From Lama guanicoe (lineage: Eukaryota): a stretch of 64,000 nucleotides of DNA. Under the pieces are notes generated by a model. It was not told where the DNA came from. It saw only the letters and a list, made by a program, of their open reading frames with translations, and made no database searches. The position numbers and the translations under genes were made by a program. The number at the start of each line of letters is the position of its first letter. Positions within the stretch are counted from its first letter, which is position 1. The stretch lies in contig MU054400.1 of NCBI GenBank assembly GCA_013239625.1, forward strand, positions 1,895,345-1,959,344, in the 5' to 3' direction. Shown here in pieces: positions 26,791 through 37,901 of this stretch.

Positions 26791-28710
26791 TCACTGAAGG
26801 GACTCTGCTGCAATCAGGGAGCCCGCCTGGAAGCCCTGGATTCCAGCACCCCGATGTTAATCAGCGGTATGCACAAGTAGTGTTCCACGGGCAAATAAGT
26901 ACCGGACCACACTGGGCTCAACCGTGTTCCATCAATTTCTTCGCTTGCCCAACTTCTCAGAGGCTTTAATATCTGAATGTGCGCTGTGCTCTTCAGAGAA
27001 GACTCAAGGTGGGGCATAAAATATGCAGCATGTCTCAAACTCAAATTCTGCAAGGCATTCCTTTTCTGCCAAAAGGAGAGTGTTCTGTGGCCCACAGTTC
27101 AGGACGTGCTCATCCAAAACAAATCCCATCAGGAAGGCAGGTGAGAGAGTGGCTCGCTCAGCCATCCCGTGGGATATGACATGTCCTGACTGGCATTTAC
27201 TCAGGCACCATCATGACGGGGGAGACATTCTGGAGTCAGGAGTGAGGATGATGCTACCAAAAAAGGAGGACACTAGCCAGGGGAACCCACACCAGCCCCC
27301 GGGGGGCCGCCAATGTCAGCCCCCAGGAGGCCGGGCCCATCCCAGCTCCTCCTCAGTAGAGGCCCGACACCGTATCCATTAGGGAATTCCTTCTTTTTTT
27401 TTTTTCTTATGAGAAGATATCTCTAAATGTATAATGCAAGTCAACAGAAAAATCAGGGTCTCCTTACTGGAAAAATGCTTTTTGTGTGAAAGCAGCCATT
27501 TTGTAAATAAAGTGTGGAAACGTGGACCATGAGTGGTGACGGTCAGAGGTGAGAAAGAAAGGTTTAGGGTTATTTCAAAAATGTTCCCATAAAGTTATCT
27601 TTGTTAATGTGTTTACATTTTACTGCTTCACAGGCACATGATTTGTATTTGCATAAAGTGTCAATAGCCTAGACTCAGCCAGTCCTTCACCATTGTTCTT
27701 TCAAAAGCATTCTCCATCTGCCTCATCATTTCCCCTCTCCTGTCACCTACCCTCACCTCACTCACTGAGATCATAGCGCAACCTCCTACCCTCCATGCCT
27801 ACAATATTTCCCCTCCCAACCCACTCTGCATCCTGTTAACTCAGCCTTCCTAAGACAAGCATCATTGTACTCACAGACATTTGAGGTCCCGCCTTTGCTT
27901 ATGGGATGTTGAAACCCAACCCAGCAACTGGCATTTGAGACTCTCCACAGAGGGACTTCAGCCTCTCCACCCATGTCTTCCCCACATTCCTACACGATGC
28001 TCTCTGGGGCCCTAAGCCTACATTGCTCCTTCCCGACCCCAAGCCTCTCTGCATGCTAGTCTCCCTGACAGGGATGGCCACCTCGTGCTTTGTCAACTCT
28101 GCATCCACAGGAACCCCCAGTCCTCAAGTCCGCAGAGTCCTCCACGTGACCCTGGTCCAGTCCTCCCTCTCATCACATTTCTATAGCAGGGCCTGAACTC
28201 TCCAGTTGTGCTTCGTCTTTTGTTAACTTCTGTTGCTATTTAACTATCTCTATTGATATTTAATTTTTCCTGTATCTTTGACCTTCCACACAACTACACT
28301 CCAAGTTTCTTAGGGTCAGAAGCACATCATCCGCTTTCTTTACAATCCCACTAACAATAATAAAAACAGGAGGAGGGAGGGGGGAAGGAACACGCCAGTC
28401 AGTAAGCTCGAATGGGAGATTTCACCCCTCTGAAGGAAAGCACTCATGCCAACTTCCAGTCTCCAAAGAGCTGGAGCTCCTCCCTCAAAATTATCACCAG
28501 GAATGCAGCTTGGCCTCCTTCGGGCCCTGGGTACACTGCCGGCAGAGAGGGGAGAAGAAAAATAAATAAGCGGAGGCAGGTGTATCTGTAAGGTAAGACA
28601 GCAAGGTGATGAAATCTTACAGCCATAAACTCCTGCCAACCTCTTGGTTTAAATTTTCTTCCCTTTTCTAGAGGTTGAGATTGGGGAGAATTTATGCTTT
28701 TCATGCAATG

Positions 28711-28892
28711 TTTTTTTTCTTTTTTTTTTTTTTTTTTTTTTTTTGGGGGGGTATTTTGTTTTTTTTTTTTTTTTTTTTTTGGGAGGTAATTAGGTTTATT
28801 TATTTATTTATTTTAGAAGAGGTACTGGGGATTGATCCCAGGATCTTGTGCATGCTAAGCACGGGCTCCAGTACTGGGCTATACCCTCCCCC
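28711..28892 (-). mobile_element. Camelid tRNA-Ala-derived SINE (Vic-1-like)
   Basis: Minus strand reads GGGGGAGGGTATAGCCCAGTACTGGAGCCCGTGCTTAGCATGCACAAGATCCTGGGATCAATCCCCAGTACCTC-(TAAA)n-CCTAATTACCTCCC-poly(A). Probable TSD TGCAATG/TGCGATG. Homologous to 53029-53172. Confidence 0.9.
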
Positions 28893-29479
28893 CTTGCGAT
28901 GCCTGTTTGAAAGCAAGAGATGTAAAAACAAGGCTGGGTGCTGTGCATATGTGTGTATGCACACACATTAACAACATACAGACACAAACACAGAGAAAGA
29001 AATAGCATTGAAACACCTCAAAACCTATTCCCATACCCTTCAAAACTGCCAACCTTCAAAAAGACAAAGTACAATAAAAATACCAGCATGGTGAGGTCAC
29101 TAGAAATCCCCACGGTTTTCCCTTCCTCCAGGGAAGAATTACTGCTTTTTGTTACTGCCTGGAGACCAAGCTAGAAATTGGAGTCTCCTGAGTTACCCTT
29201 GCCTCTATCATTTATTTAAGCCTGTTCCCTGCTAAATAAAGCTCCCATTCTACATCTGATAAAGTACATGATATTCAATTCATTTTCAAGTTACCTCCTT
29301 AGAATACAAAGCAAAAGTTATGATGAGAGAAAAGCCCAGGGTTCTTGCAGGACGAACACATAGCAGACTAGACTGCAACTCAAGCAGAGACCTCTCACCT
29401 GTACGTCTGAATGGCACCTGTTTCTGGGGCATCAAAAACCAGCTGCACCGACTTAAATTTCAAAGCTTCAAAAAAAAAA

Positions 29480-30365
29480 AACACAGCTAGATGTCACCTT
29501 CCAGCAATGACAGACACGCATACAGAAAACCTGGATAAAATTTAAAAACAAAAAATCTGTTTGAAGGCATCTAACAGTTACCAAGACAACCGGAACTTGA
29601 AAGGCCAAGTTTTCAGAGTAAGGAGGCTAGAAGTTGCCCCAAAACTGTCTCCACCACCACCACTTAGGCATTTGCTGATTCGTAAATTCCACAGGCAGAG
29701 AAGAGAGAAGCAGAGCAAAACACAGCTACGAGAGGGATGGTAAACTAAGGAGAGCTCTCGTCACTAAAAAGGAGATATAACTGAGTTCAGAGCCCACCAA
29801 AGTGGAGGAGCCCAGGTACACATTCCAGGTTTTCAGCTGGGACCCCTGCAGGGCTACACCTCCTGGGTAAGGGAGATTGAATTAAGACGCTCTGCTCCTA
29901 CAATGGAAGAAAATCATGAGCCTCCATGGTTTTTCATTTATCATGTCCAACATTCAATTAAAAACTACCAGCCATGCCAACAGACAGGCCCAAGAGGAAG
30001 AGACAGACAGACAATATGTATAGTCTCACAGGTGGTCCAGAAATTGGGGTCATTTGATATAGATTTTAAAATAACTCATGAACATGTTTAAGGAAATAGA
30101 TGGCAAGACAAAAAACCACCAAAGAACCAGAGTCTATATATATATAAAAAAAAAAAGAATCAGATACAGATTCTAGAACTGAAAAATACAATGTAATAGA
30201 AGAAATTAGGAATGCTATAGAGGGATTTACAGCAGAACAGACCTGGCTGAAGAGAGATTTCGTGTTCTGGAAGATGAAGGTTCTGTAGACAACGTCCGGA
30301 GTGGAGCATGGAAAGGAAAAAGAAAAATCCAAAGAAAACCAAAACAGAGACTGTTTGAAAGAGTA
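29480..30365 (+). mobile_element. Old L1 5' region with decayed ORF1 coiled-coil segment
   Basis: AAGAATCAGATACAGATTCTAGAACTGAAAAATACA reads KNQIQILELKNT. The downstream GCTGAAGAGAGATTTCGTGTTCTGGAAGAT (AEERFRVLED) resembles ORF1p AEERISELED. The segment is disrupted. Confidence 0.7.
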
Positions 30366-30584
30366 CAAGTATTTATTGAGTACACACTGCAAGCTAGACA
30401 CTTATTTTCAAGTAACAAAGTCCGATTTCATGAGACAGTGGTTTGCATTTTACAGATTTCTCATAAAAGCATTCATAATATTTGAAAGAGCTTTTGGTTC
30501 CAATATATACCCATAATAACAATTTAGAGAACACTTTACAGTGTATGAACGAAGTGTGAAGCCTAATAAAAGAACACGATGGTC

Positions 30585-30760
30585 TTCGGAGTTGGAAAAA
30601 TCTAGGTCCACATGTTGCTGTCACCTACTACCTGGACACACTATGAGCCTCAATTTCCTTATCAATGAAAGGTAACAACACCTTCTTGGAAAGATACTGG
30701 GAGAAGTAAATAAGTTAAGGTACGTAAAAGACACAGTAAAAACACATAGACTAACTGAAT
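30585..30760 (+). mobile_element. MIR fragment
   Basis: CTATGAGCCTCAATTTCCTTATCAATGAAAGG core. Confidence 0.6.
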
Positions 30761-30959
30761 GTCCATTCCTTGCCCTTCTTCCCCAAGTCTCATTTATTTC
30801 AACAGCATTCACTGAGTGGTGATTTAGTCACCTTTGGTTACCATACAAATCAAACAAATGTAACACACACCTATTTCAGATCCTACGAGAAAAATATGTG
30901 CTGCTCCCTTCAGACAACAGTAGTGAAGTCCATATTGGTTAAAAGAAAATGCTAGGTTT

Positions 30960-31595
30960 TGCTGATTGGCTAAAAACATGGTGGTGACACCATCATGGTG
31001 GTGCAGTGAAGAGGGAAGGAATCCGTCCCCTGAATATGTTGGGTTTGGGGGGGCTAATGTGTGTCTCCTCATTGGAGGTGTTCATCAGTAGTTAGAAACC
31101 TGAACCTGGAGCCCAGAAGAGAGGTGGCAGTGGAAACAGGGTGGATAAGGAAAGCCAAGAGATTGGCTGAGGCCACCATGGGAAAAAGTACGCAGGAAAA
31201 GAGGGTCAAGATACTAAATATAGCCAGTGCTTTTGGGAACTGCAGGAAGAAGTCAGCGGGTTCCCACAACCGGAGTGAGCTTCAGTACAGCCCAGGTCTC
31301 CTGGGGTTCACTTTCCTTCGTGAATCACAATCATATGCCATGGACTAGATCAAGACTCCCTACCACATGGTTTCACAGTAGCCTGTGCTTTTTCCTTTGT
31401 GGTCCTAATCATCATTGTATTTAAGTCTTTTTTTTTTTTTGCAAAATAACAGGTGTATTGCCTTTCCTCCTAGATTTTATCATCCTTGAGGGCAAGAGCT
31501 GTCTCCTTCTTGTCCACCACCATGTTCCCAGGACCTATCTAGCCAAGTGTCTTGCAGGTAGGAAGCACCGTTTAACAAATGTGATGGATAAAAGA
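30960..31595. mobile_element. L2 fragments (- ~30960-31260, + 3' end ~31300-31595)
   Basis: CCTTGAGGGCAAGAGCTGTCTCCTTCTTGTCCACC...GTAGGAAGCACCGTTTAACAAATG is an L2 3' end. The purine-rich GAGCCCAGAAGAGAGGT segment is reverse L2. Confidence 0.6.
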
Positions 31596-31624
31596 ATGAG
31601 GAAGATCAGCTCGGCGGTTATGGG

Positions 31625-32110
31625 CCTAGAACCCTGCAAGTGTGGTCCAGCAGCCTCACCTTCCCCAGAGGGCTCGTTAGAAATGAACATTCTCAGGCTC
31701 CACCCCAGACCTGCCGCATCACAACCCACAGGTGACCTGTATGCACATCAAATTTGTAAAGCTCAGCATAGGCACTTTTGATAACTAAGCCAAGAAAACC
31801 TCCCCCTGAGTGCGTAGAGGGAGATTTGAGAAAGGATTTTGAACTCAGCAACCTGGTTTCAACCAAAATTCTTTGAGAACTAATTTTTTTTTCAGAGACC
31901 ACTAGCTGACTGCTTGCCCAGACATCAGAGGGTCTCACTGCGGCTGCACATCTGTGTTACTGGGCGGTTTTAGAACATCCTGATACCCAGGTCCTGCCAC
32001 CACTTCCTAGAGATTCTGATTTAGTGAGTCTGGAGTGGGCTGGGCCACAAGGATGGGTAAAACTTCCCAGGTGACTCCAACGCACAGCCAAGCTTGAGAA
32101 CCACTGGCCT
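31625..32110. mobile_element. Two MER5A-like hAT MITEs in opposite orientation (~31625-31775, ~31925-32110)
   Basis: GTTAGAAATGAACATTCTCAGGCTCCACCCCAGACCT in the first, and AGAGATTCTGATTTAGTGAGTCTGGAGTGGG...TTGAGAACCACTG in the second. Confidence 0.75.
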
Positions 32111-33129
32111 AGATAATTCAAACTCCTACAGCTGAAGACTCTGAACCAGGTGTGCCCCAGACTGTGTCCAAGCCTCTCTCTAGTCACGGGACATGCCGAG
32201 CCCTAGGGCAGCGGATGAGCAGCTCAAGAACCTGGTCATATTCTGCTCCCCTTCCTAGAACACAGAGGCTTTGTAGCCAAGCTCCCCAATGATTGCGCTG
32301 CTCCCAGCCAATTACCAAGACCTTCCCACGTCAAGGTTCTACTGCTGATGAAGAAAAGGGTTTTGTCTATACACCAGCACCATCTGATTGAGTCTACAGA
32401 GCAAACATATTCTGCCTCACCCTAGTGCTTCCAGATACCACCCACGGCTCCGTTATCAGCTTCTTGACCCTGAATTGAATCTTCAGCCCCCTCGCCTTGG
32501 TGCTACCCACCTGGACGTCCAATTGCACCCACACACAAACACACACTCACTCATTTTAGACATTCCCAGCCTTGGGCCTTGTCTGGATCTTTCCTTTAAA
32601 AAGTTTGCACATCACTCCTCCTCTTCCCCTGAGACCTGGGCTCCCAGTGTGAGCAGAGCCATCAGACTCTCACCTCCCCTGTCAGTTCTTCCTAAAATAC
32701 CAACTCCTGGCCCTGCTCTAAGGTTTAGACCGATTTTCTCTGCCTGAATCCCACAGCCCCACTCAGTTTCCCAGGACTGCCTTCCCTTCTTTCTCCTCTT
32801 TCTCATCCCAAAAACTACATCCTGGACAATGAACGTTCCTGTGTCCAAAGACTTATATTTCAGTCTAGAACAGTCAGTTTCTCATACTTCTTAACAAAAG
32901 TTAAAACCATGTAGTCCTTTCTCTTTACAGCAGTGGCTTAGAGAGAGCTCCCCAAGCCTAGTATTAATCCCTAGGAAGGGTTCTAAATCTGGGCCTGTGG
33001 CTCCCCACATGGGCTTCAGGGGCCCCGTGATGGCCTCCCCTCAGTCGTTATGCAAATGTGTACTTTTCTGTGCAGAAAGTCTAAAACTTTCGTAAGACCT
33101 TCAAAAGAACGCTGAGAGCACAAAATGAC

Positions 33130-33870
33130 CCTCAACATCATTAATCATTTGGAAAAATGCAAATCAAAACCACAATGAGATACCCCTTCACACCCACTGG
33201 GATGGCTAATTGGGGGGAAGAAAACAGAAACAGCAAGTATTGGTGAGAAGGTGGAGAAACTGGAACCCTTGTGCACTGTTGGTGGGATGTAAAATGGTGC
33301 AAGTGCTGAAAATGGTTTGGTGGTTCCACAAAAAAATTAGACATAAAATTCGTCTATGATCCAGCCATTCCACTTCTGAATATATACCCCAAAAAACTGA
33401 AAGCAGGGACTCAAACAGATTTATGTACCCCCATGTTTATGGTAGCATTATTCATAATAGCCTAATGGTAGAAACAATCCGAATACCCACCAATGGGTGA
33501 ATGTATAAAATACAGTATCTCTATACAATGGAATATTATTCAGCCTTTTCAAAAAAGGAAATTCTGACACATGTTACAACATGAATGAACCTTGAAGACA
33601 TTAGGTTAAATGAAATAAGCCAAAAGGATAAATATTGTGTGATTCCACTCATACGAGGTACGTAGAGTTGTCAAATTCATGGAGACAGAAAGAACAGAGG
33701 ATACCAGGGGCCAGGAATAGGGGAATGGGAAGTTACTGTTTAAAGGGTACAGAGTTTCAGTTTGGGATGATGAAAAAATCCTCATTATCATGATTAAAAT
33801 AATAAGTTGTATGCTGTGTATATCACAATAAAAAGCAGTTAAAATGGTTAATTGTATATTTTATCATAAA
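33130..33870 (+). mobile_element. L1 3' end (L1MB-like)
   Basis: AAATGCAAATCAAAACCACAATGAGATACC, GAAAGCAGGGACTCAAACAGAT and GTACAGAGTTTCAGTTTGGGATGATGAAAAA. Confidence 0.9.
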
Positions 33871-34879
33871 TTCCATGTATAAAACTTTAATTTGCCCCAA
33901 ATTTCCTGGGTATTTGATTCAAGAATAACTCTTTGGGAGGTTGTTAAAAAGGAATCAAGAAAAGAATCCTTGTTCTAACAAGGAAAGGAAACTCTGAAAG
34001 CTCAATAAAATCAAACCAGTATCCTCTTTCTGCAGTGCACCTCTGAGCTCTTTACACGCCAGCATGGCCCGTGATCACCCAGAGGGGCACCGCATCGTTT
34101 CCCAAAGGTGTTTGACCACGGAACCCTTTCTGCAGAGAGCCAACATCCTGCCTACAGAACACACTTGGGAAACCCTGTTTCGTGTTTTAGTTTCTATTTT
34201 CTTTTTTTTTTTCTTTTTCCCATAAAGTAAGTTCTCAAGGACAAAGACGGAGGGAAGCCTAACAAATCAGACATGAAGCAAAGCAGACAGAAGTGAAGAC
34301 AGCACGCCTCTTGCACTCTGCCAGCCTACCTTCCTTTAGGGCTCTTGGCTGTCTCAGGATGGCTCAGCGCACTGACAAGGCTTGTGCATGAGGAAGGTGT
34401 TCATTTGCAGGGAGTGCCTACCGAGTGCATTTTTGAATACAGCACCCATCTGTTTGGAAGCAGAATATTTATTTGCTGGATTCCCCAGCAGACAATTTCA
34501 ACAAAAACTGTAAAGTTTTTTTGTGAGTTACACACAGTAACTCACAAAAAAACAGGCAAAGAGTTTTCTTTTTTAAAGACACAGATGGGTACTATAATCC
34601 ATTTACAGAGTGGCCAACAGCTTCCATTACGCATTTACTATTTAGAAAACCTGAGAGAGGGCGGGTGGGACGTTCATCGAAAAATCAGACCCCATGCTTC
34701 CAGGGATGATAGTTTTTTATCACCAGCAACAAATACATACAAGTCATTTACAGTAGGTTCTACTAGGTTTAGGGGATGAAAACAGGTATAAAACGTGGGG
34801 TTACAAGCTACTCAGAAAAACAGGACATGCGAACTTTCTTCATATTATAACAAGAGAATGAATGACAAAGACAGTAAGT

Positions 34880-35740
34880 ACTCCGTTAGAACGGCTATTG
34901 TCAAAAAGACAAAAGGTATCAAGTGTTGGCAAGGATGTGGAGAAAAGGGAACCCTGGGGCACTGTTGATGGGAATGTAAATTGGTGCGGTCACTGTGGAA
35001 AACAGTATGAAGATTCCTCAAACAATTAAAAATAGAACAACCATATGATCCAGCAATCCCGCTTCTGGGTATACAGCTGAAGGAACTGAACCTAGGATCT
35101 GGAAGAGATACCTGCCCTCCCGTGTTCACTGCAGCACTACTCACGGCAACCAAGATGCGGAAACAATCGAAGTGTCCACAGACAGATGACTAGAGAAAGA
35201 CTTTGTGGCATATATGCACACAGACAATGAATATTATTCAGTCTTAAGAATATTATTCAGTCTTAAATATATTATTCAGCCTTAAAAAAAAAAAGGAAAT
35301 CCTGTCCTTTGCAACAATATGGATAAACCTGGAGGACGTTATGCTAAGTGAAATAAGCCAGACACAGAAAGGAAAAAAATCTCCCTTATGTATAGTACCT
35401 AAGAAAGTCGAAATCACTGGTACAGAGAGGACAGCCGTGGCTCCCAGGGACAGGGCGGTGTGGGAAATGGGGAGATGTTGGCCAATGGGTATAAAGTTTC
35501 AGTTATGCAGGACTAGTAAGTTCTAGAGATCGAATGTACAGCATGGTGTCTCTAGTTATTAATACAGGATTGTATACTCAAATTTGCTAAGAGAGATCTT
35601 AGCTGTTCTCACAACAATAAAAATGATGACTGTGTGAGGTGATGGATATGTTCACTAGCTTGACTGTAGTAATCATTTTACAATGTATACATATATCAAA
35701 ACATAATTTTTATACCTTAAATTTATATAATTCCTATTTT
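34880..35740 (+). mobile_element. L1 3' end (L1MA8/9-like)
   Basis: GGATGTGGAGAAAAGGGAACCC, ATGCTAAGTGAAATAAGCCAGACACAGAAAG and TGTGAGGTGATGGATATGTT. Confidence 0.9.
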
Positions 35741-36382
35741 TTTTGAAGTATCGTAGGACTTTATGAAATAGGTAAGTTCCTGAAGCCAGAAGCTGTTAAG
35801 GATGGACTCTTGGAAGTAAGACAGCTTGGGCTACATGCCAAAGGAAGAATGACGGAAATTCAATCAGGAAGGAAGAAAGAGCGACCGCAGTTAGGCAGAA
35901 GGGCACATGCAAACCCACAGGCAGGGAGGAGCAGAGATGCCACCGGCAGACCAATTTGAGTCAAAGAATCCAACCACAAACACTGGGCCCACACCCTCCA
36001 CTGAGGGCCGTGTGAGCTGTGTTTGTGAAGGTTTGAGAGACGGCAGAGGAGGTGAGGTTCTGGACCAGGAGCTGCTGCAGGGCATCCTGGCATGGCAGGC
36101 AGCCCCTGCTCACAGTGGAGGCAGCCGCGCCTTTGGCATCCAGCTTCTGCAGCGTGGTTTTAGAGTCATTCCCAGGAGCTCAGCCCAGAATGTTTTTGAC
36201 TCTGCTCGGGAGTCTGTTAGCTACCTACACCACTTAATAAATCCTTTCGTGTGTGAATGAGCTGTTCTGGATTCTAATGTCTGCAACTAAAACTTCGTCT
36301 GATACAAATGTAAACTGTGGCACCATGTAAAATGATAGCATGTGAATGCACAGTTTTGTTGCGTGTAAAGAATCGAAGTGCA

Positions 36383-36878
36383 TGAGACAGGAGGGAAGAG
36401 GGCAGGGCACAACCACTTAAAGAATGACACAGCAATTGAAGATTCGACTCACAGTAGACCTTGAGCTTCATGAATACGCTCACTGTAATATATCAGCATG
36501 GTAAATGACACTCCCACAGGCGCCATGACAGCTCCGAGGCTGAGCATAATGGGTGAAAAAGTGGGTGGTGGCCCAGTTCCTGGGAATCCCAGTCTCTTCC
36601 CCAAAATAGTTGGAATTATCCTCCCACCCGTTAGTGTATAACATTACCAAGCCCATAGAAACTAGCAACCTTGCATCTCATGGTCACTCTCCCTTGCCGT
36701 CTGAGACGGCCTACCCTCTGTCGATGGAGTGTGCATCTCTCTGAATAAATCCGCTTTCACTCAACTGTGGCTCACTCTTGAATTCTTTCCTACACAAAGC
36801 CAAGGACCCTCCCTTGGCGGGGCGCATCCCAGAGGCTCGCCCAAGACCTCTCCCCTCGTGCCCCATTTGCTTGTGTCA
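36383..36878 (+). mobile_element. ERV1 solo LTR, MER41-like (copy 2)
   Basis: TG...CA termini, GACACTCCCACAGGCGCCATGACAG and AATAAATCCGCTTTCACT. Colinear with copy 1. No clear TSD. Confidence 0.8.
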
Positions 36879-37498
36879 CATCTACTGAGCCTGCACACAC
36901 CCCTCTGGGCCATGAGAAATGTGTTTCAGAAAAAGCCTCTGATTCTAAAGCTACATAGTAGGACTTCAGACTCACTGGAGAGGATTTACTCTGTCCTTCT
37001 CACTGCAAGAGAACATTTCTGATGAAAATTTCAGAGCTTAAGGATAAGTGCTTATTCCTTAGGAGAATATGTTTAAAGGCCTTCTTAATAATCAGTACAA
37101 AAGTTTCCCCACAATCTTTCATTAATCTCTTTAAAGCGTTTACTCAAACCAAGTGCTCCCTCTCTGTTTCCACACTAGCTATGGGAAGGGAACTTACGAA
37201 AGTCTGGGGCAGACATGTGAACACATTTCTAGGTAATATTCCTTGCCAATATAGAATACAACATACCTACTGGAATTCTTCCAAGTCCTAAAAATCCCCT
37301 CAATTAATCATGGGGAAATATGACAAAGGAAAACGCAGTCAGTCATGTGCAGACAAGGGTATTTCACAAATATCTGCCAATTTCCAAAGGGGTACAAAAT
37401 ACCAATGGTTAGGCAAGAACAAAGTCTCAGATCTACTGGAAAGGAAACTACTTAGGCTTGGGAAATACTATTTGCATCCTAGCAAAATCAAAGCAATT

Positions 37499-37901
37499 GT
37501 ATGGATGGCCTGGAGATGGTCCTACTATGTGAAGTAAGCCAGAAAGAGAAAGAAAAATACCATACGATATCACTTATACATGAAATCTAAATTTTTTAAA
37601 AAATGACACAAACAAACTTATTTATAAAATAGAGACAGACTCACAGACATAGAAAATAAACTTGTGGTTACCAGTGGGGAAGAGGGGTGGAGGGATAAAT
37701 TGGGAGTTCAGGATATATAGATACATACTAACTACTATATAAAATAAACAACAAGGTCCTAATGCATAGCACAGGGAGCTATATTCAATACCTTGTAATA
37801 GCCTATAATGAAAAGGAATATATATACGTATAACTGAAGCATTATGCTGAGCACCAGAAATTAACACGATATTATAAACTGACTATACTTCAATTTTTTA
37901 A
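37499..37901 (+). mobile_element. 5'-truncated artiodactyl/camelid L1 3'UTR
   Basis: ACAGACTCACAGACATAGAAAATAAACTT and TAGCACAGGGAGCTATATTCAATACC, with TSD AAAATCAAAGCAATT (37484-37498) / AAAATCAAAGCAGTT (37902-37916). Confidence 0.9.

Noticed and set aside
27293..27335. Repeated CAGCCCCC(G/A)GG(G/A)GGCCG giving QPPGGR twice in an ORF
   Set aside because: It is a two-unit local duplication with no exon context or recognisable protein.
6792..36878. Two same-orientation MER41-like LTRs as the ends of one provirus
   Set aside because: They are 29.6 kb apart and visibly diverged with indels. Copy 1 has its own TSD, and no gag/pol/env lies between them.
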